From a virus: 38,141 nucleotides of DNA. The position numbers and the translations under genes are program-made. The stretch spans positions 1 to 38,141 of the IMG/VR virus record IMGVR_UViG_3300048904_000185; one strand, written 5' to 3'. The notes under the pieces were generated by a model, which made no database searches, was not told where the DNA came from, and worked only from the letters and a program-made list of their open reading frames with translations. Shown here piece by piece: positions 24,310-32,553 of this stretch (position 1 is the stretch's first letter; every line of letters begins with the position of its first letter).

Positions 24310-26039
24310 TGGCAGAGTTTGTTATTGTTGGCGATGACGAAACACAAGCGATCGTCCAGACGGGTGATACAGTCAATATCACTGTTGATGGTGCGCTCAA
24401 GGGTGAGAAGGGTGATACCGGCCCAGTTGGTCCAACTGGTGATACTGGCCCCATAGGTCCGACCGGCGCTACGGGTCCAACAGGACCACAGGGTCCAACA
24501 GGAGCGTCCGGGTCGGCTGCTACTATCAACGTAGGAACGGTCACAACTGGCACAGCTGGCTCCTCAGCAGTTATTACGAATAGCGGCACAACCTCGGCCG
24601 CTGTGCTTGATTTTACGATTCCCCGGGGTGATACAGGTGTCCAGGGTATCGCGGGTGTTGAGGTGCAAACAACCGCCCCCGCAGACCATACAGTTGTTTG
24701 GGTAGACCCAAGCGATAGCGCGCCGAGTCTTGGCCTACTGCCAGCTGGAGGTACTTCTGGCCAGGTGCTCGCGAAAAATTCAAGTACTGATTATGATGCT
24801 CACTGGGTAGCGGCCGGTACGGGTGATATGGCGAAGGCGACTTATGACCCTGCAAATATTGCACAGCAATTAGTCGGTACGACAGCTACGCAGACCCTAA
24901 CTAACAAAGATCTTACCGCTGTTACAAATACATTTCCCATTTTTAACCAAAATACAACAGGTAATGCTGCAACTGTCACGACAAACGCCAATATGACTGG
25001 CGATGTCACGAGTGTTGGTAATGCAACGACCTATAACAACGTAGTACCTGTCACAAAGGGCGGTACAACCTTAACGGGCTTCACGAATAACACATTTATC
25101 ACCGCTAATAGCACTACGACTCTTCAATCAAGCAAAGTAGTTCCTACAGGTACTGTTGTTGGCACGAGCGATACACAGGTACTTACTAATAAAGATCTCA
25201 CATCGGGCACCAACACGTTTCCGACGCTCAATCAAAATACTACCGGCAGTGCAGCAAAGTGGACAACTGCGAGAAATCTTGCGGGTAACTCTGTTGATGG
25301 CTCGGCCAACGTTGCATTTACGAATAAGTTTATTGTTCAGGGTACAACAGACGCAGGACTCTCTGGTGCGCAATTCCTTGGAGCGCTGGCTACAGGTATA
25401 GTTAAGAACACAACAACGACAGGTGTACTATCAATTGCCGTAGCTGGTGACTTCCCAACGCTTAACCAAAATACGACGGGCAGCGCAGCGACCCTCACAA
25501 CAGCACGCACTATACAGACAAACCTTGCGAGCACCTCAAGCGCTTCATTTGATGGTTCTGCAAATATAACTCCAGGTGTGACGGGTACACTACCGGTCGC
25601 GAATGGCGGCACGGGCGCTACGACATTAACTGGTATCCTCAAAGGTAGCGGCACAAGTGCTGTTACAGCGGTTACGGCCCCTACTGGCGCTATTGTCGGT
25701 ACGACAGACACACAGACGCTATCTGCTAAGACGCTAACAACTCCGACGATAAATGGTGTTGTTATGGCTATTTCAAGTAAGACAGCTAACTACACACTCA
25801 CGGCAACAGATTATACGGTGTTATTTGATACTACATCTGGTGCTCTCACAGCAACCCTTCCAGCAGCGTCAAGCAACAGTGGTGCGGTGTTCAATATTAA
25901 GCATACGGTTGGGTTATCAGCTGTTACGATCGCCGTAACTGGTGGTGATACAATTGATGGTCTTTCGACATACTCGCTCACAAATCCATATGATTCAGTA
26001 ACTTTGCACTCAACAGGCAGCGCCTGGATGATATTATAG
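24309..26039 (+). CDS. tail fibre with a collagen-like Gly-X-Y stretch and repeated [10 protein letters not shown] / NQNTTGSAA modules
   Basis: 576 aa. 13 consecutive G-X-Y triplets ([39 protein letters not shown]) at 24402-24518. Three to four copies of the VGT.DTQ.LTNKDLT...NTFP.LNQNTTG.AA module. Confidence 0.8.
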   Translation: MAEFVIVGDDETQAIVQTGDTVNITVDGALKGEKGDTGPVGPTGDTGPIGPTGATGPTGPQGPTGASGSAATINVGTVTTGTAGSSAVITNSGTTSAAVLDFTIPRGDTGVQGIAGVEVQTTAPADHTVVWVDPSDSAPSLGLLPAGGTSGQVLAKNSSTDYDAHWVAAGTGDMAKATYDPANIAQQLVGTTATQTLTNKDLTAVTNTFPIFNQNTTGNAATVTTNANMTGDVTSVGNATTYNNVVPVTKGGTTLTGFTNNTFITANSTTTLQSSKVVPTGTVVGTSDTQVLTNKDLTSGTNTFPTLNQNTTGSAAKWTTARNLAGNSVDGSANVAFTNKFIVQGTTDAGLSGAQFLGALATGIVKNTTTTGVLSIAVAGDFPTLNQNTTGSAATLTTARTIQTNLASTSSASFDGSANITPGVTGTLPVANGGTGATTLTGILKGSGTSAVTAVTAPTGAIVGTTDTQTLSAKTLTTPTINGVVMAISSKTANYTLTATDYTVLFDTTSGALTATLPAASSNSGAVFNIKHTVGLSAVTIAVTGGDTIDGLSTYSLTNPYDSVTLHSTGSAWMIL

Positions 26040-26048
26040 GAGTTAGAC

Positions 26049-27230
26049 ATGGCATACTCACAAAAATCACGAAAACTCTCACTCGCCGATACAATAAAAC
26101 CGGCAAGCAATGTGACATACCCAGCATCAGATATTACCGCTATCACAAATAGTACCACCGCACCAACTTATACGGGTGGCTGGAACTTCCTTTTTAATAC
26201 CGGTGGTCAGCCACAGCGTATGCTTTATGGCTTCACCTGGTACAACTACAGTGGTAATGGTGTCAAAGCTGACAGCGGCGCGACACAGCCTGGTACGGCC
26301 TCTCTTGAGCCATGGCAGGTTGAGTTTTATCATCTAGGCAATGACTTTGCTTTTTGGTCAGTGAACCTTGTCCAAGCGGATTTCATAATTTACGTCGATG
26401 ATATGCCACTCACCTCAGATTGGGCACAGACTAATGCAACAGCATTCAGTAGTAACTATTACCGAGTGCAGTTTGCTACCACCAAAATGCGCCGTATTCG
26501 CATCCTTTGTAGCGGCCTTACAACCTTTACAGGCATTATGCACGCAGCAGGTGGTAATATGTGGGCGGCACCGCAACGCTTTCGTTGTGCGGTTGTCGGC
26601 GATAGCTATATTCAGGGCGGTCACACTGACTCAGTTGAGGGTAGTATCCAAGGTGCAGCGTTTGGCAATCAACTTGCTATACAGACAGGCTGGGAGGTAT
26701 TCACACAAGGTCAGGGTAGCACTGGCTACATAAACAACGGCGGTAACACTGGTGGTAAAGATGTTTACGGGGCAACATCTCGTATATCAACACTACAGGC
26801 TCTCGCACCGCTCGATCTGATTATCGTTTATGGTAGTGGAAATGACTCTGGCTACACAGGGTCAGCAGTCGCAACAGCAGTCAATGCCTACTGGAATAGC
26901 CTTGCAACTAATCTTCCTGGTGTACCTATTATTGTATTCGGTGTCCAACCTGGTTCACCATCAGGTTTCACCCCTAGTCTGCTTGACTCGACGAATACTG
27001 TCATTAAGCAACAGGCTGCTATTAACCCGAACGTCGCTGGGTTTGTCGATATGCGTGATACGACAACTGGCGTACAGCCATGGGTAACAGGTACAGGCAA
27101 TACAGGTGCACCTGTCTACGATGGTAATGCTGATAGTTTCATTTGCTCAGACGGTGTACATCCTACTCGTGAAGGATATCGTAATATGATAGAGCACTCA
27201 GTAGCAGCGCTCAGAAAGATAAAGATATGA
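26049..27230 (+). CDS. SGNH/GDSL-family hydrolase (tail-associated esterase)
   Basis: 393 aa. Block I AVVGDSYIQGG, block III VYGSGNDSG, block V SDGVHPTREGY. Preceded by an unassigned N-terminal domain of ~180 aa. Its stop overlaps the next fibre gene. Confidence 0.75.
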   Translation: MAYSQKSRKLSLADTIKPASNVTYPASDITAITNSTTAPTYTGGWNFLFNTGGQPQRMLYGFTWYNYSGNGVKADSGATQPGTASLEPWQVEFYHLGNDFAFWSVNLVQADFIIYVDDMPLTSDWAQTNATAFSSNYYRVQFATTKMRRIRILCSGLTTFTGIMHAAGGNMWAAPQRFRCAVVGDSYIQGGHTDSVEGSIQGAAFGNQLAIQTGWEVFTQGQGSTGYINNGGNTGGKDVYGATSRISTLQALAPLDLIIVYGSGNDSGYTGSAVATAVNAYWNSLATNLPGVPIIVFGVQPGSPSGFTPSLLDSTNTVIKQQAAINPNVAGFVDMRDTTTGVQPWVTGTGNTGAPVYDGNADSFICSDGVHPTREGYRNMIEHSVAALRKIKI

Positions 27231-28747
27231 GTCAACCAGCAGTAAAGTATTGGGATTCAGTAGCCGGTGCCTGGAAATATTTATTACAGGGACCTAAAGG
27301 CGACCCAGGAGCGGGTAATGTCACTGGACCTGGCTCGTCAACGAACAACGATATTGTGGTATTCAGTGGTACAACTGGTCAAATAATTGCCGATGGCGGT
27401 AAAACACTACCTACGGGCTCTGTGGTTGGTACTACTGATACCCAAACACTCACTAATAAAACTCTTACAGCTCCAGTAACAACATCGATTACCCCAACTA
27501 CCGGCTACACTTATGACGTTGGTAGCGCAGGTGCTCCATATAACAACGTATGGGCCGGGTTTAGCATAAACATTCAGAATAGTGGTATAAACACTGAGAT
27601 TATTGCCGGTGCCAATGGTACTAATAAGATCCTGACATTACCCCTCGGAACTGATACTATCGTTGCGCGTAACTCTACTGATACCTTGACTAACAAAACA
27701 CTAACTAGCCCAATCATCAGTACTATCTCAAATACCGGCACTCTTACGCTGCCAACTTCTACAGATACACTAGTTGGGCGTGCGACTACTGATACGCTCA
27801 CAAATAAAACACTAACCTCTCCAACGATCTCTAGTCCATCACTTACTGGTAGCGCTACTACACCAGGCGGCACAACTGGTACTAATTTCAGTCTTACTAC
27901 AGGCACTGGTACAGCAGGCAATGGTGGTAATATATCGCTTACTGGGGGTGGTGCAAGCGGTGGTAACAATGCTGGCTCTGTCACTATATCCGCCGGAAAC
28001 GGTAGCGGTACATCTAACTCTGGCTACGTAGAGCTCGATGCAGGCGTCGGCGGGGCCTCGAATGGCTGGATTGATATGGTTACAGCGAATTTCGCACGAT
28101 TCTATCGAAACGCCTCTAACTGGATAAAATTCGACTTATCATCGCAGTCTGGGCAAGCAACAGTCACGGCCCCATCGGGTACGTATGCTCTTGTTGGTGA
28201 TACGACTACTCAGACACTTACTAACAAAACACTTACCCGACCTGTATTTAGCGGCTATGGGCTTGTGGCCACACGGTCATCTGACAGTTCAAGTATCACA
28301 ACATCTGAGACTGTAGTGCTATCTGGCACCATACCGACAGCAGTTGTTGGTAGTACTTATAAATTCGTCATATATGGCGAGGCAACGTCATCTGCCGCCA
28401 ATACCGTAACATTCAAGATGAGGGCGGGTACATTAGGTACAACATCAGACCCTCAGATCGGTACCCGTGCCTACACATCTGCCACGACAGGTACTAGTGC
28501 TGGCTGGAAACTTGAGGTGATATATATAGTCACGGCGACAGGTGCTACGGGTACTGGCAGGTTCGGCGCGACCCTATCAACTACGGTCGGCGCTGGAATA
28601 ATTGCCGACCAGATAAACAGCATATCTTGGACATCGAGCGCGAACCTTGATACGACTACGGCAAACACGCTGTCTATAACAATCTCTACCTCTGCGTCTA
28701 CTACATCGTTGGTAGCTAAGTCTGGCACATTCGAGGTTCTTAAATAG
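27227..28747 (+). CDS. second tail fibre (TDTLTNKTLTSP repeat modules, short GPKGDPG collagen-like start)
   Basis: 506 aa. Four copies of (V/I)(V/A)G..T(D/T)T(Q/L)TLTNKTLT. Gly/Thr/Ser-rich beta-helix-like centre. Confidence 0.7.
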   Translation: MSQPAVKYWDSVAGAWKYLLQGPKGDPGAGNVTGPGSSTNNDIVVFSGTTGQIIADGGKTLPTGSVVGTTDTQTLTNKTLTAPVTTSITPTTGYTYDVGSAGAPYNNVWAGFSINIQNSGINTEIIAGANGTNKILTLPLGTDTIVARNSTDTLTNKTLTSPIISTISNTGTLTLPTSTDTLVGRATTDTLTNKTLTSPTISSPSLTGSATTPGGTTGTNFSLTTGTGTAGNGGNISLTGGGASGGNNAGSVTISAGNGSGTSNSGYVELDAGVGGASNGWIDMVTANFARFYRNASNWIKFDLSSQSGQATVTAPSGTYALVGDTTTQTLTNKTLTRPVFSGYGLVATRSSDSSSITTSETVVLSGTIPTAVVGSTYKFVIYGEATSSAANTVTFKMRAGTLGTTSDPQIGTRAYTSATTGTSAGWKLEVIYIVTATGATGTGRFGATLSTTVGAGIIADQINSISWTSSANLDTTTANTLSITISTSASTTSLVAKSGTFEVLK

Positions 28748-28752
28748 TCATG

Positions 28753-28761
28753 TGCTATAAT
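28753..28761 (+). promoter_or_regulatory. extended -10 promoter (TGcTATAAT) ahead of the lysis cassette
   Basis: tgTGCTATAATac lies in the 46-nt gap, 32 nt before the GTG start at 28794. No -35 box. Confidence 0.4.
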
Positions 28762-28793
28762 ACAACCACTAACAGTATATAGGAGAAACACAG

Positions 28794-29948
28794 GTGCCTA
28801 ACGCTGAACTATCAATACAGTGGTACACTGACCGTCAAGGTAAAGTAACCTACTCGATGACAAATCGTCGTGGACCAAACAGCTACGACTGCTCAAGTGC
28901 ACAATATTATTCACTCATACAAGGCGGTTATCTCCCTGTAGGTATCTACATCGGTAATACTGATAGCCTCTTTGGAGATCTCGAGAAATATGGTTGGCAG
29001 CAGATTCAACCAAACTCGCAAGGAAATTATGACACGCAACGAAATGACATTTTTATTTGGGGTCGCCGTGGCGCTTCTAGCGGTGCTATTGGTCATACTG
29101 GCCGATTTATCGACGCGAACAACGTGATTCACTGTAATGCTTACTTTAATGGCATCTCTATAAACGATTATGATGGTCTACAGGCGGCAAATGGCTGGCC
29201 AACAGCTACCTACTATCGCTATGTCGGAGGTCAGGTAATTACCCCTGAGCCAGTCGATCAGGTAGTCAACCCTGGCTCATACATCCAATTTGGCACAATC
29301 TACCGTGTTGACGACGTGCAGCAGTATGCTGGCCTCTGGCAAGTACGTACCGACGTGCTCTGTCCTGTCGGCTTCACTTGGGCAGACAATGGTATCCCAG
29401 CAGGCCCACTTTTCGAAGTTGACGCTGATGGCTATCGTAGCGACGATCAGGTACTCGAAGTAGGCTCCTGCTATGTATTGCCGGGCAAATATCAAGTACT
29501 AGATGTCGGGCAGTCAAATGGCCGCTGGCTCGCGCAGATTATGATTGATGGCTTTAAATTCTGGATCGATCTCGAGACAGTCACCGAGGTTGGTCCAAAC
29601 GACCCTGGTGTTCCAACACCCCCATCGCGTCCGCAGGTAACAACAACTACCACCACACTGGAGAAACCAAGTGAACCGATATCAACTACTACCACGACAG
29701 CGCCTATTGGAGTTACAACGACTGAACCAGTCACTACAACAACTACGGCACCCGTCCCTCCTACATCGACTACAACAACATCTATCCCCGATGATGCGCT
29801 GGAAGGAATCGACCTTGAGGGAAATGCTACGACCACGACGACCACGACGACCACAGCTTACCAGCTTCCGGTTGGATTTTGGGCGGCGTTCTGGCTCGGG
29901 GTCAAACAAACATTAACAGCCATACTAAGGCGGCTACAAGGGAGATAA
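28794..29948 (+). CDS. endolysin: Amidase_5 (Pal-type) domain + SH3b-like domain + Thr/Pro-rich extension + C-terminal hydrophobic helix
   Basis: GTG start with AGGAG 8 nt upstream. QGKVTYSMTNRRGPNSYDCSS and RNDIFIWGRRGASSGAIGHTGRFIDANNVIHCNAYFNGISINDYD match, from memory, pneumococcal phage Dp-1 Pal-type Amidase_5 lysins. The middle region (YRVDDVQQYAGLWQVRTD...NGIPAGPL) is SH3_5-like. Thr runs span 29640-29855. The tail is LPVGFWAAFWLGVKQTLTAILRRLQGR. Confidence 0.85.
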   Translation: MPNAELSIQWYTDRQGKVTYSMTNRRGPNSYDCSSAQYYSLIQGGYLPVGIYIGNTDSLFGDLEKYGWQQIQPNSQGNYDTQRNDIFIWGRRGASSGAIGHTGRFIDANNVIHCNAYFNGISINDYDGLQAANGWPTATYYRYVGGQVITPEPVDQVVNPGSYIQFGTIYRVDDVQQYAGLWQVRTDVLCPVGFTWADNGIPAGPLFEVDADGYRSDDQVLEVGSCYVLPGKYQVLDVGQSNGRWLAQIMIDGFKFWIDLETVTEVGPNDPGVPTPPSRPQVTTTTTTLEKPSEPISTTTTTAPIGVTTTEPVTTTTTAPVPPTSTTTTSIPDDALEGIDLEGNATTTTTTTTTAYQLPVGFWAAFWLGVKQTLTAILRRLQGR

Positions 29949-29950
29949 AC

Positions 29951-30199
29951 ATGGACCCGTTTAGTGTTATATTCATTGGTACAGTTATCATAGCTATCAC
30001 TGAAATAGTTAAAAGGTTGTGGCCAGATACAATCACAGGAGCGTTGACGATAATCGTAGCGCTGCTCGTAGGGGCTCTATCAGCCGTATTTAGTGACTGG
30101 CTTGGCCTGGCACACCTTGGCGTCGCACAGGGCGTCATAATCGCTCTCGCGTCCGTAGGGGTACATACAACAGCTGCCCCTAGTAATGCTAAGCAGTAG
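29951..30199 (+). CDS. holin (putative, three TM segments)
   Basis: The internal ATG at 29951 of track ORF 29879-30199 lies 5 nt after AAGGGAG and 2 nt after the endolysin stop. 82 aa with three hydrophobic helices (FSVIFIGTVIIAITEIV, ITGALTIIVALLVGALSAVF, LGVAQGVIIALASVGV). Confidence 0.65.
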   Translation: MDPFSVIFIGTVIIAITEIVKRLWPDTITGALTIIVALLVGALSAVFSDWLGLAHLGVAQGVIIALASVGVHTTAAPSNAKQ

Positions 30200-30238
30200 A
30201 TGTTACAATTCCAATAAGCGCAGATTCCTGCGCGAGAC

Positions 30239-30265
30239 AAAACCCCAGCCTGTGAGGGGTTTTTT
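30239..30265 (+). terminator. intrinsic terminator ending the rightward arm
   Basis: AAAACCCC-agcctgtga-GGGGTTTT followed by further T residues. An extra GCGCAG-attc-CTGCGC hairpin lies at 30218-30233. Confidence 0.7.
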
Positions 30266-30273
30266 CGTTCTAG

Positions 30274-30306
30274 GAAAAAATAACCCCCCGACGCAACGGG
30301 GGTTAT
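30274..30306 (-). terminator. intrinsic terminator ending the leftward arm
   Basis: Minus strand reads ATAACCCCC-gttgcgtcg-GGGGGTTAT followed by TTTTTT. 9-bp stem. Confidence 0.7.
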
Positions 30307-30335
30307 TTCTATTCAGAAGTCTCTCAAACTTAGAT

Positions 30336-30435
30336 GGTGGCGACGGTGCCTAGGGCTCCTGACATTGCCGAGCTTGCGGTGTGTATACCAGACACCCTCT
30401 TCCCCGGATTGAACTACGATTAGTTGCCGCCAACC
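30336..30435 (-). ncRNA. candidate structured 3'-UTR element (~100 nt) between the last leftward gene and its terminator
   Basis: On the minus strand, GGTTGGCGGC (30435-30426) pairs with GTCGCCACC (30344-30336): 9 bp, one bulge, one G-U that would be an A-C mismatch on the plus strand. Inner hairpin GGTGT-9 nt-ACACC at 30378-30396. No ORF. Confidence 0.2.
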
Positions 30436-30440
30436 ACAGA

Positions 30441-31034
30441 CTATTTTACCTTATTAAGTGGTTTTTTGCCTGCGGTTTTTGGTGTGCGAACTGGTATATG
30501 TGTCGCTTTATAGCCTGCCTCTCTAGGGGTGGCTGGCTTCTTTTTTGCCTCTGAATGTGGAAATGGTGTATCAGAGAAGCTTATGTCTAAATGGTCAGAA
30601 TGGCTTGTCAACCTTACGTAATGACCTGTTACATTATGAAACATACGCCTCATTCTCTCTGTTTCGTCAATAGTTGGGGCACGGTCTTCGCCAACTATCT
30701 CATCCCAAATCTTCTGGAATGTGTGCTCTAGGTGCTCTTCATGCGTATCTTCCTCAGATTTTGACTCTACCTTTTCGTGCAATTCACTGGCGAGTTTTGC
30801 CAATTCACCCAGACGCTCGAGGTGTTCGAGCTGGCTATCTCTCTGTAATTGGCTAACTGCGTAGCGAGCCAGTAGATAGACAAATCCCATCCACATAACC
30901 GATACTAACAGGTCAAAGACACCCTCGCCAACATGCTTACTACCAAAGTAAATGCCTGCTAGTACCAGTGAATAGCTTGCTAGCACAAGGCCCATAGCCA
31001 CAAACCACTTAATCGTTGCATCAATATTTTTCAC
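30441..31034 (-). CDS. membrane protein (2-3 N-terminal TM helices, charged His/Glu-rich cytoplasmic part, basic tail)
   Basis: 197 aa. WFVAMGLVLASYSLVLAGIYF and FDLLVSVMWMGFVYLLARYAV. Last gene of the leftward arm. Function unknown. Confidence 0.55.
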   Translation of the reverse strand: MKNIDATIKWFVAMGLVLASYSLVLAGIYFGSKHVGEGVFDLLVSVMWMGFVYLLARYAVSQLQRDSQLEHLERLGELAKLASELHEKVESKSEEDTHEEHLEHTFQKIWDEIVGEDRAPTIDETERMRRMFHNVTGHYVRLTSHSDHLDISFSDTPFPHSEAKKKPATPREAGYKATHIPVRTPKTAGKKPLNKVK

Positions 31035-31038
31035 TGTA

Positions 31039-31647
31039 CTACTCCGTTTTTTCTGGCGCTTCAGGCGCTTCTGGTTGATTTACGACAGGCTCAGCATCAG
31101 GAATTTCCGCTACTTCGTCTTCTTTTACTGTTTCAACAACACCTGGCTTTGGTGGCGTGCCAAACTGTTGGAGACCCCAGTGTTTGCTCGCGTTTTCGGC
31201 CAGTGTATAGAACGAGTAGGTATTAACTGCACCGTCTTTATCAGTGTCTTTAATGTCGTAGGTAGCGAGCACACCACGATCGACGAGATCACCGATAGCG
31301 ACCATGACATCATGTGCAGGATAGCCCATTGTCCAGTTACCGAGGTATGTCTCCTCAAGGTCGGTTTCTTTTTTGGCGATTTGTGCAAAAGCATAGACGA
31401 GCGCATTTTGCAGATCATCGACAGCCTTACCAAACTGCCATTCAGCAGGTTGCTGTACCAGCTCGATTGAGTCATTCTCAGCATCGATTTTCACCAAGTT
31501 ATATTCTTCAGCCGCCCACATACCTGTGTTGACATCGATTGCTGGCATTTGAAACAGCTTCGTGATTTTCTTCAGGGTGTGTTTTGGGTAGCGCTTGACC
31601 ATGAATGCGACTTTGTTCGCATTATTAAGCATTGTTGTTGTTACCAT
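31039..31647 (-). CDS. hypothetical protein (acidic Pro/Glu-rich C-terminus)
   Basis: 202-aa ORF overlapping the upstream exonuclease gene by 7 nt. No motif recognised. Confidence 0.5.
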   Translation of the reverse strand: MVTTTMLNNANKVAFMVKRYPKHTLKKITKLFQMPAIDVNTGMWAAEEYNLVKIDAENDSIELVQQPAEWQFGKAVDDLQNALVYAFAQIAKKETDLEETYLGNWTMGYPAHDVMVAIGDLVDRGVLATYDIKDTDKDGAVNTYSFYTLAENASKHWGLQQFGTPPKPGVVETVKEDEVAEIPDAEPVVNQPEAPEAPEKTE

Positions 31648-32357
31648 TTCATACTCTCCTTTACCGTTGTTGGTTCATTACTTGCTTCACCAAAAATGTT
31701 GGTTGGGACTTCGCCCCTAATATCGTACAGACTTTCTTCGCTGAATGGCTCTACCGAAATTGGCTCTGGTACTACCAGCTCCAGCCATTCATGAAACTCT
31801 TTGTCTGGCTCGACACGAATGATCTTGATCTTTTTCGTATTGAGGTTGAGTGCAACGTAGTCGCACCACGTATAGCCTGATGCCCACAGCTGCCCTTGAA
31901 TTTGTCGCCAGTGTTTTTGCGGTACGCCATTTAATAGGATATCGCTAAAGGTATTATCGCGGACAATTTTGATCTCTAATAAACCGTACGGCCCATCAGA
32001 TTCTTTCATTTGAGAAATAATACTATCAGGGCTAGCGACAAAATGATCGTTGTACCATGCACCGCATGGCTCAGCGAACTTGTTTGTAATCTTGATGTAC
32101 TGCCTTCGTGCGAAGTCCTCTAGCTCGATACCATCCAACATCGCGTCGCTGACATAGTTCTGGTAAGCGACACCAAACTGGCGCTCGTATTGCAGCTCAC
32201 GTTCATAATCGAGACGTTTTTGGAGTGGCTTACCTTCTTTGCCCTTGGCTTTGCTGACTGCCAGCCAGTCGTCAAGACGGCTCGCAGTCACCTTACCAAT
32301 ACGCAGATCATACCATTCCTTTGTACGCTGTACGCCAGGCCAATACTCAAATTGCAT
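31641..32357 (-). CDS. YqaJ-like viral recombinase-domain exonuclease (PD-(D/E)xK)
   Basis: 238 aa. The N-terminal QRTKEWYDLRIGKVTASRL is the YqaJ signature. Also SPDSII...LLEIKIV (D...ExK). Confidence 0.75.
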   Translation of the reverse strand: MQFEYWPGVQRTKEWYDLRIGKVTASRLDDWLAVSKAKGKEGKPLQKRLDYERELQYERQFGVAYQNYVSDAMLDGIELEDFARRQYIKITNKFAEPCGAWYNDHFVASPDSIISQMKESDGPYGLLEIKIVRDNTFSDILLNGVPQKHWRQIQGQLWASGYTWCDYVALNLNTKKIKIIRVEPDKEFHEWLELVVPEPISVEPFSEESLYDIRGEVPTNIFGEASNEPTTVKESMKW

Positions 32358-32551
32358 TACTTACACACCTTTCGTACTGTATTACTACCGGCAACAGAGG
32401 TGTATTTGATCTCTTTACCAGCGGCAACACACTGGTTATTAAAGTCTGATTCACGTTGGTCAACACGGTCGAAAAAGCTAACAACCATACCTACAACGAC
32501 GATCACAACGATACCAACAATTACTCGTGTAAAAACAGCTTCTTTATCCAT
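32357..32551 (-). CDS. small membrane protein
   Basis: Track ORF 32357-32560 starts at GTG. The ATG at 32551 (MDKEAV...) is preferred. TM VFTRVIVGIVVIVVVGMVVSFF. Its stop overlaps the exonuclease ATG (TAATG). Confidence 0.45.
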   Translation of the reverse strand: MDKEAVFTRVIVGIVVIVVVGMVVSFFDRVDQRESDFNNQCVAAGKEIKYTSVAGSNTVRKVCK

Positions 32552-32553
32552 AA

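Noticed and set aside
24290-24589. 99-aa minus-strand ORF rich in PVGP repeats
   Set aside because: It is the antisense reading of the collagen-like G-X-Y region of the fibre gene. GGN/CCN periodicity keeps the opposite strand open.
24309-28747. Diversity-generating retroelement targeting the fibre genes
   Set aside because: There is no reverse transcriptase ORF anywhere in the genome. The repeated cassettes differ at all codon positions rather than only at adenines. There is no near-identical template/variable repeat pair.
29492-29854. Poly-Val minus-strand ORFs (29492-29854, 18016-18408, 16630-16917)
   Set aside because: They are antisense to the Thr-run (ACN)n tracts, which read as (NGT)n = Val on the other strand. 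They are artefacts of the repeats.
30336-30435. tRNA gene or tRNA fragment (GTTCAATCC T-loop-like string at 30406-30414 on the minus strand, and ...GTCGCCACCA at 30335-30344)
   Set aside because: The T-loop-like string lies near the 5' side of the fold, not before the 3' acceptor strand. Its flanks (CGTAG / CGGGG) do not form a T-stem. No D-arm or anticodon arm could be drawn, and the fold is about 100 nt. It is kept only as a generic structured element.
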